Source: a plasmid
Sequence record: CP128686.1
Direction: 5' to 3' (one strand)
DNA: 64,000 nucleotides
Part shown: piece by piece, positions 19,657 through 29,500 of the stretch
How positions within the stretch are numbered: position 1 is the stretch's first letter
How the letters are laid out: each line of letters starts with the position of its first letter
Made by a program: the position numbers and the translations under genes
Notes under the pieces: generated by a model
What the model was told of the DNA's origin: nothing
Database searches by the model: none
The model's input: only the letters and a program-made list of their open reading frames with translations

Positions 19657-20088
19657 TCACAGATACAAGGAATTTTCACCCGCCAGCTTAATAAATAATG
19701 GTGAAATTTCCTTAGGCAAATTTAACAGAAGCTTCTGATACAAAGACTCATCTTCCGGACGCCCGGTCAAAATCACTTTCCTTCCCGAGGCAAGTGATTG
19801 AAGAACGTATTTCAACATATTTCGCACATCAAAAAGAACGACATCATCAATGATGATATCTTTATTTGATAAACTCTGAATAAATTCCTCGTTTGCAATC
19901 GGCTCATCTGGTGAAATAAATAAACCATCAATTAATGCACGCTTCGCCAGAAGGGTTTTCCCTGACCCAGAAGGCCCTATTATAACGACAATAAGGTTAG
20001 TATCTTTTTCTGAAAAGAAACTCAACACCTTATTGAGACATTTTTCATTTTGATTGTTATTGAATTTCAAATCATGACTCCTTTCCAA
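19657..20088 (-). CDS. Minimal Hda/DnaA-like AAA+ ATPase domain protein.
   Basis: Walker A IIGPSGSGKTLLA, Walker B IIIDDV, and a sensor-1-like VILTGRPED resembling Hda LLITGDRPP. 143 aa, with no lid domain. Confidence 0.45.
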   Translation of the reverse strand: MERSHDLKFNNNQNEKCLNKVLSFFSEKDTNLIVVIIGPSGSGKTLLAKRALIDGLFISPDEPIANEEFIQSLSNKDIIIDDVVLFDVRNMLKYVLQSLASGRKVILTGRPEDESLYQKLLLNLPKEISPLFIKLAGENSLYL

Positions 20089-20154
20089 GAAGATGCCCTC
20101 ACCTGTGGTTATTCCGTTAATTCAAGGGATGAAGTGTACCAGTTAACCTATGTC

Positions 20155-20406
20155 CTAATGCAAGACGGTTTTTGTTTCCGAATTACCCTTGTCGTTGCCA
20201 TCACCAGACATCTCTTGCAGGTCTTGATGGCCCATCAGATTCACAAACATAGCACGGTAACCTACTGGCAAGCGTGAAAGTAAATCAATGCACAATTCAT
20301 GGTCTGACGGTTGTCCGATGACCAGAACCTTATGGCCAGAAGCATGCACAGCCAGAATACACTCCAGGACTTTGTCTGCATCAAAACGGAAAATGTCATC
20401 AATCAC
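20155..20406 (-). pseudogene. Paralog of the Hda-like ATPase, 5'-truncated by the IS903-like element.
   Basis: MIDDIFRFD...KVLVIGQPSD aligns with IIIDDVVLFD...KVILTGRPED of 19657..20088. The ORF begins 13 bp from the IS inverted repeat, so the Walker A part is missing. Confidence 0.4.
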
Positions 20407-20418
20407 TACATCAAAACG

Positions 20419-21474
20419 GCTTTGTTGAATAAATAAGATTTCGTGCGAACGACCCTGTAGCTGGCTGGATTTTCAGGCAATACGCACGCTTTCTGGCATC
20501 CCAGCCTTTGTCATCCTGTTCAACGCACGCACCATGGCCATAGCTTCCGCTACCTGACCATCGTAGTCACGCAGCGTCAGTGAATCTCCCAACAACTGCT
20601 TCATTCTGTACATTGCCGTTTCCGCTATCGAGCGACGGTTATATTCCGTTGTCCATTTCCACCGTGCATTGCTTCCGCTCAGCCGCTGATTAGCAACGGC
20701 ACGGTTGCGGTCTGCGTACTCACCGGGCCAGTAACCTGCTCCTTTTCGGGGAGGAATAAGCGCGCTGATTTTTTTGCGGCGCATTTCATCGTGACAAAGC
20801 CGTGTATCGTAAGCCCCGTCTGCCGCGGCTGCCCTGATTTTTCTGTGAGTCTGCCGGATAAGGCCCGGGAAGGCTTCTGAGTCCGTGACGTTATTCAGCG
20901 ACAGGTCTGCACAGACAACTTCATGTGTGTTGCTGTCAACAGCAAGATGCAACTTTCGCCAGATACGACGGCGCTCTTTGCCGTGCTTTCTGACTTTCCA
21001 TTCGCCTTCACCAAAGACCTTCAGCCCGGTGGAATCAATCACCAGGTGTGCGATTTCACCCCGGGTGGACGTTTTGAAACTGACATTAACCGACTTTGCC
21101 CGCTTACTGACACTGGTGTAATCCGGGCAGCGCAACGGAACGTTCATCAGGGCAAAAATGGAATCAATAAAACCCTGCGCAGCCCGCAGGGTCAGCCGGA
21201 ATACGCGTTTAATCACCAGAACGGTGGTGATGGCGAGATCAGAATAGCGCTGGGGCCTTCCTCGTGATGAAGGCGTTGCCGACTCATACCAGGCCTGAAT
21301 CGCCTCATCATCCAGCCAGAAAGTGAGGGAGCCACGGTTGATGAGAGCTTTGTTGTAAGTGGACCAGTTGGTGATTCTGAACTTTTGCTTTGCCACGGAA
21401 TGGTCTGAGTTGTCGGGAGGATGCGTGATCTGATCCTTCAACTCAGCAAAAGTTCGATTTATTCAACAAAGCCC
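20419..21474 (-). mobile_element. IS903-group (IS5 family) insertion sequence.
   Basis: Terminal inverted repeats ggctttgttgaataaat (20419..20435) and atttattcaacaaagcc (21458..21474). 1056 bp with one transposase ORF. The flanks are not duplicated. Confidence 0.85.
20473..21441 (-). CDS. IS903-type DDE transposase.
   Basis: 322 aa, IS5/IS903-family transposase sequence. Confidence 0.85.
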   Translation of the reverse strand: MKDQITHPPDNSDHSVAKQKFRITNWSTYNKALINRGSLTFWLDDEAIQAWYESATPSSRGRPQRYSDLAITTVLVIKRVFRLTLRAAQGFIDSIFALMNVPLRCPDYTSVSKRAKSVNVSFKTSTRGEIAHLVIDSTGLKVFGEGEWKVRKHGKERRRIWRKLHLAVDSNTHEVVCADLSLNNVTDSEAFPGLIRQTHRKIRAAAADGAYDTRLCHDEMRRKKISALIPPRKGAGYWPGEYADRNRAVANQRLSGSNARWKWTTEYNRRSIAETAMYRMKQLLGDSLTLRDYDGQVAEAMAMVRALNRMTKAGMPESVRIA

Positions 21475-22140
21475 TTTGACATGCACAATTATTGTCTGCC
21501 CAATAGTCCGATAGTTAGCCTGTTTACAAAAACTGTTGCTGGTCATACTGGTGCTTTATTCCCGGTTAAGCGGGCTAGTTAACCCAGAGTGATGAACCAT
21601 CCTGGAGTGGCAGATAAAGCAGAAAGAATGGATTTGTTGCCCTGATTTTTTCCGAATCTAAATAAAGATTAGCTTAATCACTCGTTGTTATGTTATAACA
21701 TTAAATTAGCAATATTCTCAGCCAGCAGCACGGCCTGTGGGGGGCGGTTATTGAGAACGAATTCGGTGAAATCTGTATAGATGATGCATTGGTTATCAAT
21801 GCAGATGAAGAAGTCTTCGAGATGAATAATGGCTGCATCTGCTGCACGGTGCGAGGAGATTTGATTCATATCCTGAGTCGTCTGATGTACCGCCGCGATA
21901 AATTTGACCGTATTCTGATCGAATACCACCGGGATGGCCAATCTACTGAGTGAAGCAAATGAAGAGAGAGCCGCTAACGATCCTGAATGGTTTTCTTAGT
22001 CCTAGTAAAAACATGCGGTTAAAAATTTGTTAATGCAGACACCTCAACCACAATTTCGATGTGCGTCATCGTGAACGATTTGAGCGGACAGGATGTCGGC
22101 GGCGTCCTGATTGCCAGTATAGAAATCAAGAAGGAACACC

Positions 22141-22968
22141 ATGAAGCGCAATACCGTAAGTAATCTGACAGAAAAAGATGATTTTGATACGCTGGAAAGT
22201 ATTCTCAGCGTTAATATTCATTCTCTGTTGCGGCCAGACGGCGGGACGTTGCTTTCTGACGTCCATTTTGCGGTCAAAGCAGGAGAATGTCTGGCCATTA
22301 TCGGGCCTAACGGCAGCGGTAAAACTTCCCTCGTGAGAGCGATTAGTCAGGAACTGACCCATCTAAAGGGGGACATTCTTCTGCGGGGCCGTTCTATGTC
22401 TGCTTTATCCCGTCAACAGCGAGCCCGGCTGGTTGCTGTTTTGGCCCAGAATGATACACCTGATACGAGATTATCCCTTGAGGATTATGTAGCGCTGGGG
22501 CGTATCCCTCATGCCGGGGATGTACCGCGTAATGTACATGACGCGATTGTAGCAAATGCCATTAAAGAAACCGGATTACAACGGCTACGCAGGCGGTCAC
22601 TTTTATCGCTTTCCGGCGGCGAAAGACAACGAGCGGCGCTGGCACGGGTACTGGCACAGACGCCCGACCTGGTATTGCTTGATGAACCCACCAATCATCT
22701 CGATCCTCCCGGGCGCGAGGAACTGCTTTCCCTTGTAAAAAACAAGGGGATTGCCGTCGTGGCGGTGTTGCACGATCTGACACTGACAGAATCATTTGCT
22801 GACCGTGTTCTCCTCTTGTCGCAGGGGCAATCAGTGATCTGTGACACACCGGAGAAGGTATTGGTATCAGAATACCTTTATCCCGTTTTTGGCTTGACCA
22901 GTTTTACCGTACCGCATCCCCATACAGGAAAGGCGTTGCGTATTTTTGAAGTTCCGCATTATGTATAA
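22141..22968 (+). CDS. ABC transporter ATP-binding protein of an iron-siderophore/hemin-type importer (FecE-like).
   Basis: Walker A GPNGSGKTS, LSGGERQR signature and Walker B LLDEPT. Confidence 0.8.
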   Translation: MKRNTVSNLTEKDDFDTLESILSVNIHSLLRPDGGTLLSDVHFAVKAGECLAIIGPNGSGKTSLVRAISQELTHLKGDILLRGRSMSALSRQQRARLVAVLAQNDTPDTRLSLEDYVALGRIPHAGDVPRNVHDAIVANAIKETGLQRLRRRSLLSLSGGERQRAALARVLAQTPDLVLLDEPTNHLDPPGREELLSLVKNKGIAVVAVLHDLTLTESFADRVLLLSQGQSVICDTPEKVLVSEYLYPVFGLTSFTVPHPHTGKALRIFEVPHYV

Positions 22969-22986
22969 ATTACTTTCCGAGAGTCA

Positions 22987-23946
22987 GTGATGAAAAAATT
23001 GTTTATATCCCTGCTGTCGGTACTGTCTGCTTCAGTAGCCAGTGCTGCCGATTTTCCTGTTACTATTGAAAGTTGTGGGACTCCTGTAACATTCTCCGGC
23101 CCGCCGAAAAGGGCTGTGATCAACGACCTTAATATGGCAGAGATGGCGTTTGCACTGGATTTGCAGGATCGTATTGTTGGGCTGACCGGTATTAGTGGCT
23201 GGTACAAAATGACGCCGGAATTTAAAAAGGCGATGGGCTCGATCCCTGAACTGGCACCCAAATATCCCACCCTGGAAACATTGCTGGCAGCCGAGCCTGA
23301 TTTCTTTTTCGCTGGCTGGAACTATGGAATGAAAGTAGGCGGCGAAGTGACGCCGGATACGTTAAGCAAATATGGCATCAAGACTTTCGTTCTGAGTGAA
23401 AGCTGTGTGTTCACCACTGCGCACAAAAATAAAGCCACGATGGATCTGCTGTATAACGATATCCTCACGCTGGGTAAGATTTTTGGCAAGCGCAATGACG
23501 CACTGTCCCTAGTCAGCGGCTGGCAAAAGAGGCTGAGTGAACTGCCGAAGCCAGCGGCAGGTACCCGTCCTTTAAAGGTGTTCGTCTACGACTCAGGTGA
23601 GGATAAACCGTTTACCAGTGGTAAATATGCGATGCCTACGGCCATGATTGAGGCGGCTGGTGGTAAAAATGCAATGGAGGCGCTGGATACCAGTTGGGGA
23701 ACGACGTCTTGGGAAAGCGTGGCCGCTACTGAGCCGGACTTCATTATTTTGTTAGATTACCAGACGGGCAGCGGTGCGGATACACTGCGTCATTTTCTTG
23801 AGAATCATCCGTTAATGAAACTGACTCCGGCTGTTCAGCATCATCGATACCTGAAATTACAATATGCTGAACTGACGCCGGGACCAGCTAATGTTGGTGC
23901 GGTGGAAAAACTCGCGTGGGCAATGTACCCGACAGAAGCGAAGTGA
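22987..23946 (+). CDS. Periplasmic substrate-binding protein (FecB/FhuD class) of the ABC importer.
   Basis: Signal peptide followed by a class III SBP-like sequence. Adjacent to the ATPase and permease. Confidence 0.75.
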   Translation: MMKKLFISLLSVLSASVASAADFPVTIESCGTPVTFSGPPKRAVINDLNMAEMAFALDLQDRIVGLTGISGWYKMTPEFKKAMGSIPELAPKYPTLETLLAAEPDFFFAGWNYGMKVGGEVTPDTLSKYGIKTFVLSESCVFTTAHKNKATMDLLYNDILTLGKIFGKRNDALSLVSGWQKRLSELPKPAAGTRPLKVFVYDSGEDKPFTSGKYAMPTAMIEAAGGKNAMEALDTSWGTTSWESVAATEPDFIILLDYQTGSGADTLRHFLENHPLMKLTPAVQHHRYLKLQYAELTPGPANVGAVEKLAWAMYPTEAK

Positions 23947-24950
23947 TGCTCATGTCGTACCGTTATCACTGGGTGATGTGGGGATCGATGGTCGTGCTGA
24001 TTGGGTTAATGTTATTCAGCATAACCAGAGGGACAGTCTCACTGTCGCTAATGCAGGTGCTGGGTGCACTGAAGATTGTGGATGAGCCGGTATCTGCCAT
24101 GGTCAGCAGAATTGTGACGGATTTACGCGTACCGAGGATGTTGCTCTCTGTGCTGACAGGGGCGGGACTGGCAATGGTAGGGGCATTGTTACAAACTACC
24201 ACCCGTAACGATCTGGCTGATCCTTTTTTATTCGGGTTATCCTCCGGTGCGTCAGCAGGAGCGGTGCTGGTGATCACCCGTTTTGGTGATCGACTAGGAG
24301 TATTAACGCTCCCCGTATCGGCGTTTGTTGGTGGTGTGTGTTCCGCCATAGCAGTAATGCTGTTATTTCATTTTAAAAAGCAACGCGGAGCTGAGCATCT
24401 AATTCTCTGCGGTCTTGCCATCTCTTTTTTGTTCGGGGCGCTGACTAGTTATTTTATTTTTTCGGGCGATCAGCGAGCCGCCAGCTCAGTGCTTTTCTGG
24501 TCACTGGGTGGCCTGGGATTAGCCACCTGGAATAATTTGCCTTTTGCAGTGTTCAGCCTGGTATTGCTGTTTGCCTTTGTCCTGTTGCGGTGGCGCTCTC
24601 TGGATGGTGTGCTGGCAGGAGAACAAACAGCGTTGTCGCTGGGGATTAACGTGAGTCGTCTGCGCATCGAGATTTTTCTTTGTTGTGCACTGGCAACATC
24701 GTTGATGGTGGCATTAACCGGCGTGATTGGATTTGTTGGCTTAATGGTGCCTCATCTGTGTCGGCATTTTGCAGGAGTTAAGCATCTGTTGTTGTTACCT
24801 CTGTGTGGCGTCTGGGGTGCAATATTACTGTGTGTCGGCGATATAGTCAGCCGGACGATACTGGCACCACAGGAACTACCAATTGGCATTATTACGGCGG
24901 GCATTGGAGGGTTGTTTATTATCATGTTACTCGCGCGAAACTCGCCCTAG
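23916..24950 (+). CDS. ABC importer permease (FecCD/BtuC family).
   Basis: Polytopic membrane protein with FecCD-family motifs. The probable true start is the internal Met near 23946. Confidence 0.75.
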   Translation: MGNVPDRSEVMLMSYRYHWVMWGSMVVLIGLMLFSITRGTVSLSLMQVLGALKIVDEPVSAMVSRIVTDLRVPRMLLSVLTGAGLAMVGALLQTTTRNDLADPFLFGLSSGASAGAVLVITRFGDRLGVLTLPVSAFVGGVCSAIAVMLLFHFKKQRGAEHLILCGLAISFLFGALTSYFIFSGDQRAASSVLFWSLGGLGLATWNNLPFAVFSLVLLFAFVLLRWRSLDGVLAGEQTALSLGINVSRLRIEIFLCCALATSLMVALTGVIGFVGLMVPHLCRHFAGVKHLLLLPLCGVWGAILLCVGDIVSRTILAPQELPIGIITAGIGGLFIIMLLARNSP

Positions 24951-25098
24951 AGAATATGGGCGATTACTCGCCGGGCCTCCTGTAATTTTCAAGCGATGTT
25001 ATGAAACGATGGTAATCTAACTGATGGTTTGAGCGTGCCATGTAAGTAAAGAAGAACTGGCAAACCTTAATGTTGCATTATATCATAACAAATGATAA

Positions 25099-25693
25099 GT
25101 GAGGCCCAATGTTTCTCTTACTGGTCGTGCTCCCAAGCATGCCTTTGGCGAAAAGGTTAGACCTCAGGCTGCGTTCAGCAACTACATGATATCTGTCTGG
25201 ATTGTGACGGAGATGCGGTACTACTGCTTGTGGTTCAAAAAGGTGAAGCCTGCCACACAAGTCGGCGGAGTTGTTTTTACAACGCTACCGCCGGCCTTTT
25301 CATCCGACCCGTTTCTGGCAGGTGATGGAAAATGAGCTGGATGAAGTCGTCAGATCAAAAGGTTACTTCTGGCTGGCCAGCCGTCCGGAATTCGCAGGTT
25401 CATGGTCACAGGCTGGTGGCATTGCGCGCCAGGCGCTGGGGGGCATGTGGTGGGCGAGTGTGCCGAAAGAACGTTGGCTAGAGGATGCTGAGTCACTGAA
25501 GTTCATCATGTCTAACTGGATAGATGGCATTGGTGATGCCCGTCAGGAACTCGTTTTTATTGGAATGGATATGAATGAATCAAAACTGCGCAACAGACTG
25601 GATTCCGCCCTGTTAACGGATGCAGAAATGGCTGAAGGGCCTCAAAATTGGCGGCATTATCCCGATCCTGTTGAGCCTTGGTTCGAAGAATGA
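25099..25693 (+). pseudogene. COG0523 (CobW/YjiA-like) GTPase remnant. Only the C-terminal CobW_C part is in frame.
   Basis: 140-aa ORF 25271..25693 with the GYFWLASRPE... CobW C-terminal-domain pattern. No G-domain upstream in frame. Paralog of 26672..27964. Confidence 0.4.
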
Positions 25694-26320
25694 ATCGAAG
25701 GCACCCGTATTTGTCGGGTGCCTTCGTATGAGGGCGAAAAAGGGGCCATTTTTTAGCCCTTCTTCAGAATCACTCATATTAGAAAAAATACCTTTGTGAT
25801 TATAAATCCTCATTAGTTTTGATGAGAAACTATTATGCATTACCCCATCGCCAAGTATGGTTGCCCCGTAAAGTATTCCGTCCTTAGTTAAAGCAGCTTT
25901 CACGTTTTTTATGACAACACCTTTATCCACCATCGCCCCAGGAAGACAATGTAAGAGATAATACATTGATATAGAATCGAATTTACCATGTAGTTCCTCT
26001 GGATAAGATTCAAATACATTATGCTGAACTTCATACCGTATTCTGGCTTTCCCTATCCTTGCTGATGCCGTTTTCAAACTAGCCTTATTGAGATCCATAA
26101 GTGAGATATTGTAATTTGCAGGAGCTTTGGCAAGATAATACCCAGTTCCAACGCCAATATCTAAATGGTTAGGTCTTAAATTTTGTAAAAAATAAGGGAG
26201 CAAAATCTCTTTTGTCGGACAATGCCAAGCGTAACTGTTGGAAATGCTCAGCACCCACCAGTCATAAAGCTTCAAAGTGAATGGTGTGTAGATCTTCGTT
26301 CCTTCATCAACATTACTCAT
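25613..26320 (-). CDS. Class I SAM-dependent methyltransferase, paralog of 14956..15618.
   Basis: DIGVGTGYY motif I. Conserved N-terminus KIYTPFTLKLYDWWVL. Confidence 0.7.
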   Translation of the reverse strand: MSNVDEGTKIYTPFTLKLYDWWVLSISNSYAWHCPTKEILLPYFLQNLRPNHLDIGVGTGYYLAKAPANYNISLMDLNKASLKTASARIGKARIRYEVQHNVFESYPEELHGKFDSISMYYLLHCLPGAMVDKGVVIKNVKAALTKDGILYGATILGDGVMHNSFSSKLMRIYNHKGIFSNMSDSEEGLKNGPFFALIRRHPTNTGAFDSFFEPRLNRIGIMPPILRPFSHFCIR

Positions 26321-26545
26321 TAGTTATACCTTGCAACAGTCAATGTGGATAAGCAGAGCATATAGCAATATGCTCAATATCTCCTTTCTATTTTATCACG
26401 ATTTTTTCCACTACTTACCAAGATTTACAACAAACAACATATTATTGCAATGCATTGCCATTTTGTTCACATACTTGGCAATTTATAAGTATATTGCATA
26501 AATATAAAGTTGACTTTTAGAGTTCTTTTTTGTAGATAAACTCTC

Positions 26546-26601
26546 ATGGAAATATGGAAATATGGAAATATGGAAATATGGAAATATGGAAATATGGAAA
26601 T
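26546..26601. repeat. Perfect 8-bp microsatellite, (atggaaat) x 7.
   Basis: Read directly from the sequence. Lies about 225-280 bp upstream of the start of the methyltransferase 25613..26320 and 3' of the CobW-family gene. Confidence 0.9.
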
Positions 26602-26671
26602 GAGGTAAGAAACAGAAGACTATAAAATTTGAAGTCAAAAATGGTAACTGAGCTCCTCCTCGTTTGGGTGC

Positions 26672-27964
26672 TTAGGAGATATAACTAGTGGAGAATGAAA
26701 TATAACTATTACTGCAAAATAACCTGTTAAGCCAGCCGGGCCACTTTCGTGGGCCAGGGATCGTGGAAAATCCCCCCTGCTGCCACCAGAGAATTTCCTC
26801 TTCAGTGAGTAAACACTGGCGCAATGCGAGGGCAAAATCGTCAATTTCGCCGCTCTCGCCAATAACAGTCAGGCGGCAGCGCCGGTCACCAAATCTGCCC
26901 GGCATTTTTGCCAGTTGCTGACGGATAGCTGCGCGTTCTTCCTTTGTCAATGAATTATCAGTGTGAGTCAGGACCCCGGCTTTCCAGTAGCTTATGAATT
27001 CGAGATTGATGCTCCCTGCTGCCTGGTTCCACAATAATGCCAGGTCATCCCTTCCCGGTAGCCAGAAAAAACCCTTGCTGCGGTAAACGCCTGCGCCCAT
27101 GAAGCGATGGCAGGTATCCCACAGCCGCTGCGGATGAAATGGACGGTCATCCTCAATGACCCGCCACGAAATATCATATTTTTTGTCGGGTTCATCCGAC
27201 AAAACTGCATCAATTGCATCCTGAAGCTCATCGATAAGTAACGCCACCCGATGAAAATCGTAATCCGGCATGGAAAGCAATTCATCCAGCTGTAAATTTC
27301 CCCAAGGCACGGCCATAATTGCAACCTGCGGATTAAGGGGATGTATGGCTCTGGCTACCTCAGTAACAACATAGAAGGGTAATCTGTCGTTTTTGGTTAA
27401 CAAGAGCTTATTACAGAACATAATCTGTTCTGCCAGCAGGCTTTCCACTCCCCGGGTCCCTCTGTTGAGGTGCTCCTGGAAAACCGGAATAAGTTTCTTT
27501 CCACCGTCGTAGTCATCATTAAGCATGACCGTATCTACAAGCGACAAAAATGCTTTAAGACTTACCTGGGGGTGTTCTCGCAGATAGCGGACCAGGGGAA
27601 GAGGATGGCTGCTGCCTGACGTTTCCAGTAAAATAAAATCCGGAGACCGTTTTTCGAGCAGGTTTTTCAGCGCGGAATCCAGCTTCTGGATCCCACTTCT
27701 GCTGCTGATACTGTCTGCTGAAATACTCACAAAATTGTTACTGGCTGCATCAACGATTTCTGTGTTGGCTATCAGGACGCCATCCACATCAAGTTCACTC
27801 ATGTCATTAACGATGACGGATACAGCCATTCGCCGTTTGTGTGCCTGTGTAAGAAGGTTTTTTAGCAGAGTAGTTTTTCCTGCTCCCAGAAAACCATTAA
27901 GGATAATGAGCGGTGTTCTTTTCATAGCATCCAGCCTTATGCCGCTAAACGTTAATGCAATCAA
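26672..27964 (-). CDS. COG0523-family metallochaperone GTPase (CobW/YeiR/ZigA-like).
   Basis: Walker A GFLGAGKTTLL followed by a CobW_C-like domain. The probable start is the internal MKRTPLIILNG. Confidence 0.8.
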   Translation of the reverse strand: MIALTFSGIRLDAMKRTPLIILNGFLGAGKTTLLKNLLTQAHKRRMAVSVIVNDMSELDVDGVLIANTEIVDAASNNFVSISADSISSRSGIQKLDSALKNLLEKRSPDFILLETSGSSHPLPLVRYLREHPQVSLKAFLSLVDTVMLNDDYDGGKKLIPVFQEHLNRGTRGVESLLAEQIMFCNKLLLTKNDRLPFYVVTEVARAIHPLNPQVAIMAVPWGNLQLDELLSMPDYDFHRVALLIDELQDAIDAVLSDEPDKKYDISWRVIEDDRPFHPQRLWDTCHRFMGAGVYRSKGFFWLPGRDDLALLWNQAAGSINLEFISYWKAGVLTHTDNSLTKEERAAIRQQLAKMPGRFGDRRCRLTVIGESGEIDDFALALRQCLLTEEEILWWQQGGFSTIPGPRKWPGWLNRLFCSNSYISFSTSYIS

Positions 27965-28022
27965 GTTGCAATAATACCGGCTTCCTGCCAGAATTCAAAT
28001 GACATGACTCGGAGGGGGAAAT

Positions 28023-28409
28023 ATGGCAACACCAGTAGCCAAAACGTATGACTGGAAGCAAGCGTTGCGCACACATGAGCAGGCTCCCGATCGTGTGACC
28101 CTTTACCGAATACTGGAGCGGCTAATGCAGGCCAGTATTGTCCAGCGTTATACCGACTCGGCAAGAACTCAGCGTTTCGCTCTGACTCTACGGGCTACCG
28201 TAGGACTTTTTGAATGCGATAACTGCCATCATGTTATTCCTATTGAGCGGGAGCCAACCCTGGAAGCGGCCATTGGATTGGTAAAGTCACATCTCACTGG
28301 GCATGGTATGACCGAGCTGTGGATCTGCTTGACTTTTCTGCAAACTTGTGGGGAAAATAAAGGTATTTATGACATACCTGTGGTCATCTACCGCAAGGAG
28401 TTCCGATAG
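28023..28409 (+). CDS. Fur-family metalloregulator (Zur-like).
   Basis: VTLYRILE DNA-recognition helix region and metal-binding Cys/His (CDNCHH). Divergent from the COG0523 GTPase, as in Zur regulons. Confidence 0.55.
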   Translation: MATPVAKTYDWKQALRTHEQAPDRVTLYRILERLMQASIVQRYTDSARTQRFALTLRATVGLFECDNCHHVIPIEREPTLEAAIGLVKSHLTGHGMTELWICLTFLQTCGENKGIYDIPVVIYRKEFR

Positions 28410-28645
28410 ATGGCCCGCATTTTCTCTCCTCCGGAGAGCATCGGCTCCCCACTTGGCTGTGTGGGCGCAGATAGAACACCAAAGCGCGATGGTGATCTCG
28501 CTGTAAGCGGGTTGTGCGCGACGAGGAGGTCGATTTTGACAAACACTCATCACATAGTGCTATACAGGGTCACAGCTGCACACATTGAAGTCGTGAACGT
28601 CGTTCATGCCCGCCCTCAGAATAACGAAACAAGGAGAAAACTTTC

Positions 28646-28963
28646 ATGAAATCTCTATTTTCCTCTATCGTTCTGCTTGCTTTGAGCGTCCCCGGGGGGG
28701 CTATGGCAGATGAAGTCACCCACACCCAATACGCCTGCGATGACAGCAAAACGCTGGATGTGGTCTACATCGGGGACTATGCTGTCATCCAGCAGATGGA
28801 TGAGTTGATCCCGATGAAGCGGGCTGTTAGTGGTTCAGGCATGCGCTATGTGCCGCTCAACAAGGATTACATCTACGAGCTGTGGGGCAAAGGCAGCAAC
28901 ATGAATCTTTCCACCTATGATGGTAAAAAGAACGAAGACATCCTGAGCAACTGCAAGCCGTAA
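28646..28963 (+). CDS. MliC-like lysozyme-inhibitor-family periplasmic protein.
   Basis: Signal peptide. YACDDSKTLDVVY resembles the MliC YxCD motif. Confidence 0.45.
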   Translation: MKSLFSSIVLLALSVPGGAMADEVTHTQYACDDSKTLDVVYIGDYAVIQQMDELIPMKRAVSGSGMRYVPLNKDYIYELWGKGSNMNLSTYDGKKNEDILSNCKP

Positions 28964-28979
28964 GCATTCAACGAGACAG

Positions 28980-29500
28980 CCCGTCATAGCCACGACTGCG
29001 GTTCCGATCACGCCCTCGGCCCAGCTCTGATTGTCTGTGGGACTGACCTGCAAAACAGGGGGGGGCTGAAAGATGTCCTGATAGCCTGAGTGGATGGACT
29101 CATTGGCTTTCCTGAAGTAGTCAGTGTGCGGAAGTGGATTTCCGTGTCTCGTTGTTGCACAAACACGACAACGCCGAATAGCTTCGCGTTTTATTAGGGC
29201 GAAGCTTGGAAGAAACACCAACTGCGCCATGTCTTTACCCGCAGCCAAGATGCCGATGCAACCCAGCAGATGCTACAGTTCAGGCGTAACAAAGCCACCG
29301 TTGGATCGCATCACAGCGCGCCGTTGCGATAACGGCTCAGCGTGGCAATCACTTCACTCAAAGGTTTATCGCTGAAGCTCAGAATGCCCTGCGACCAAGC
29401 GGCGCTTTCATCATCCACTGAGGCTATTGCACCAAATTCAGGCGCGCTAAACTGCAGACTCTCGCTTTCAAGGCCATGTACCAGATCAAATCGCGACTAA
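28980..29500 (-). pseudogene. Remnants of a fecR-like sensor 3' end and a fecA-like receptor 5' end.
   Basis: Minus-strand translations give ...[21 protein letters not shown] (FecR C-terminus-like) and ...PPVLQVSPTDNQSWAEG (FecA signalling-domain-like). No intact ORFs. Confidence 0.35.

Noticed and set aside
28835..29248. 137-aa minus-strand ORF between the MliC-like gene and def.
   Set aside because: It overlaps the 3' end of the MliC-like gene and the fecA-like remnant region and has no coherent domain, so it was treated as pseudogene debris.
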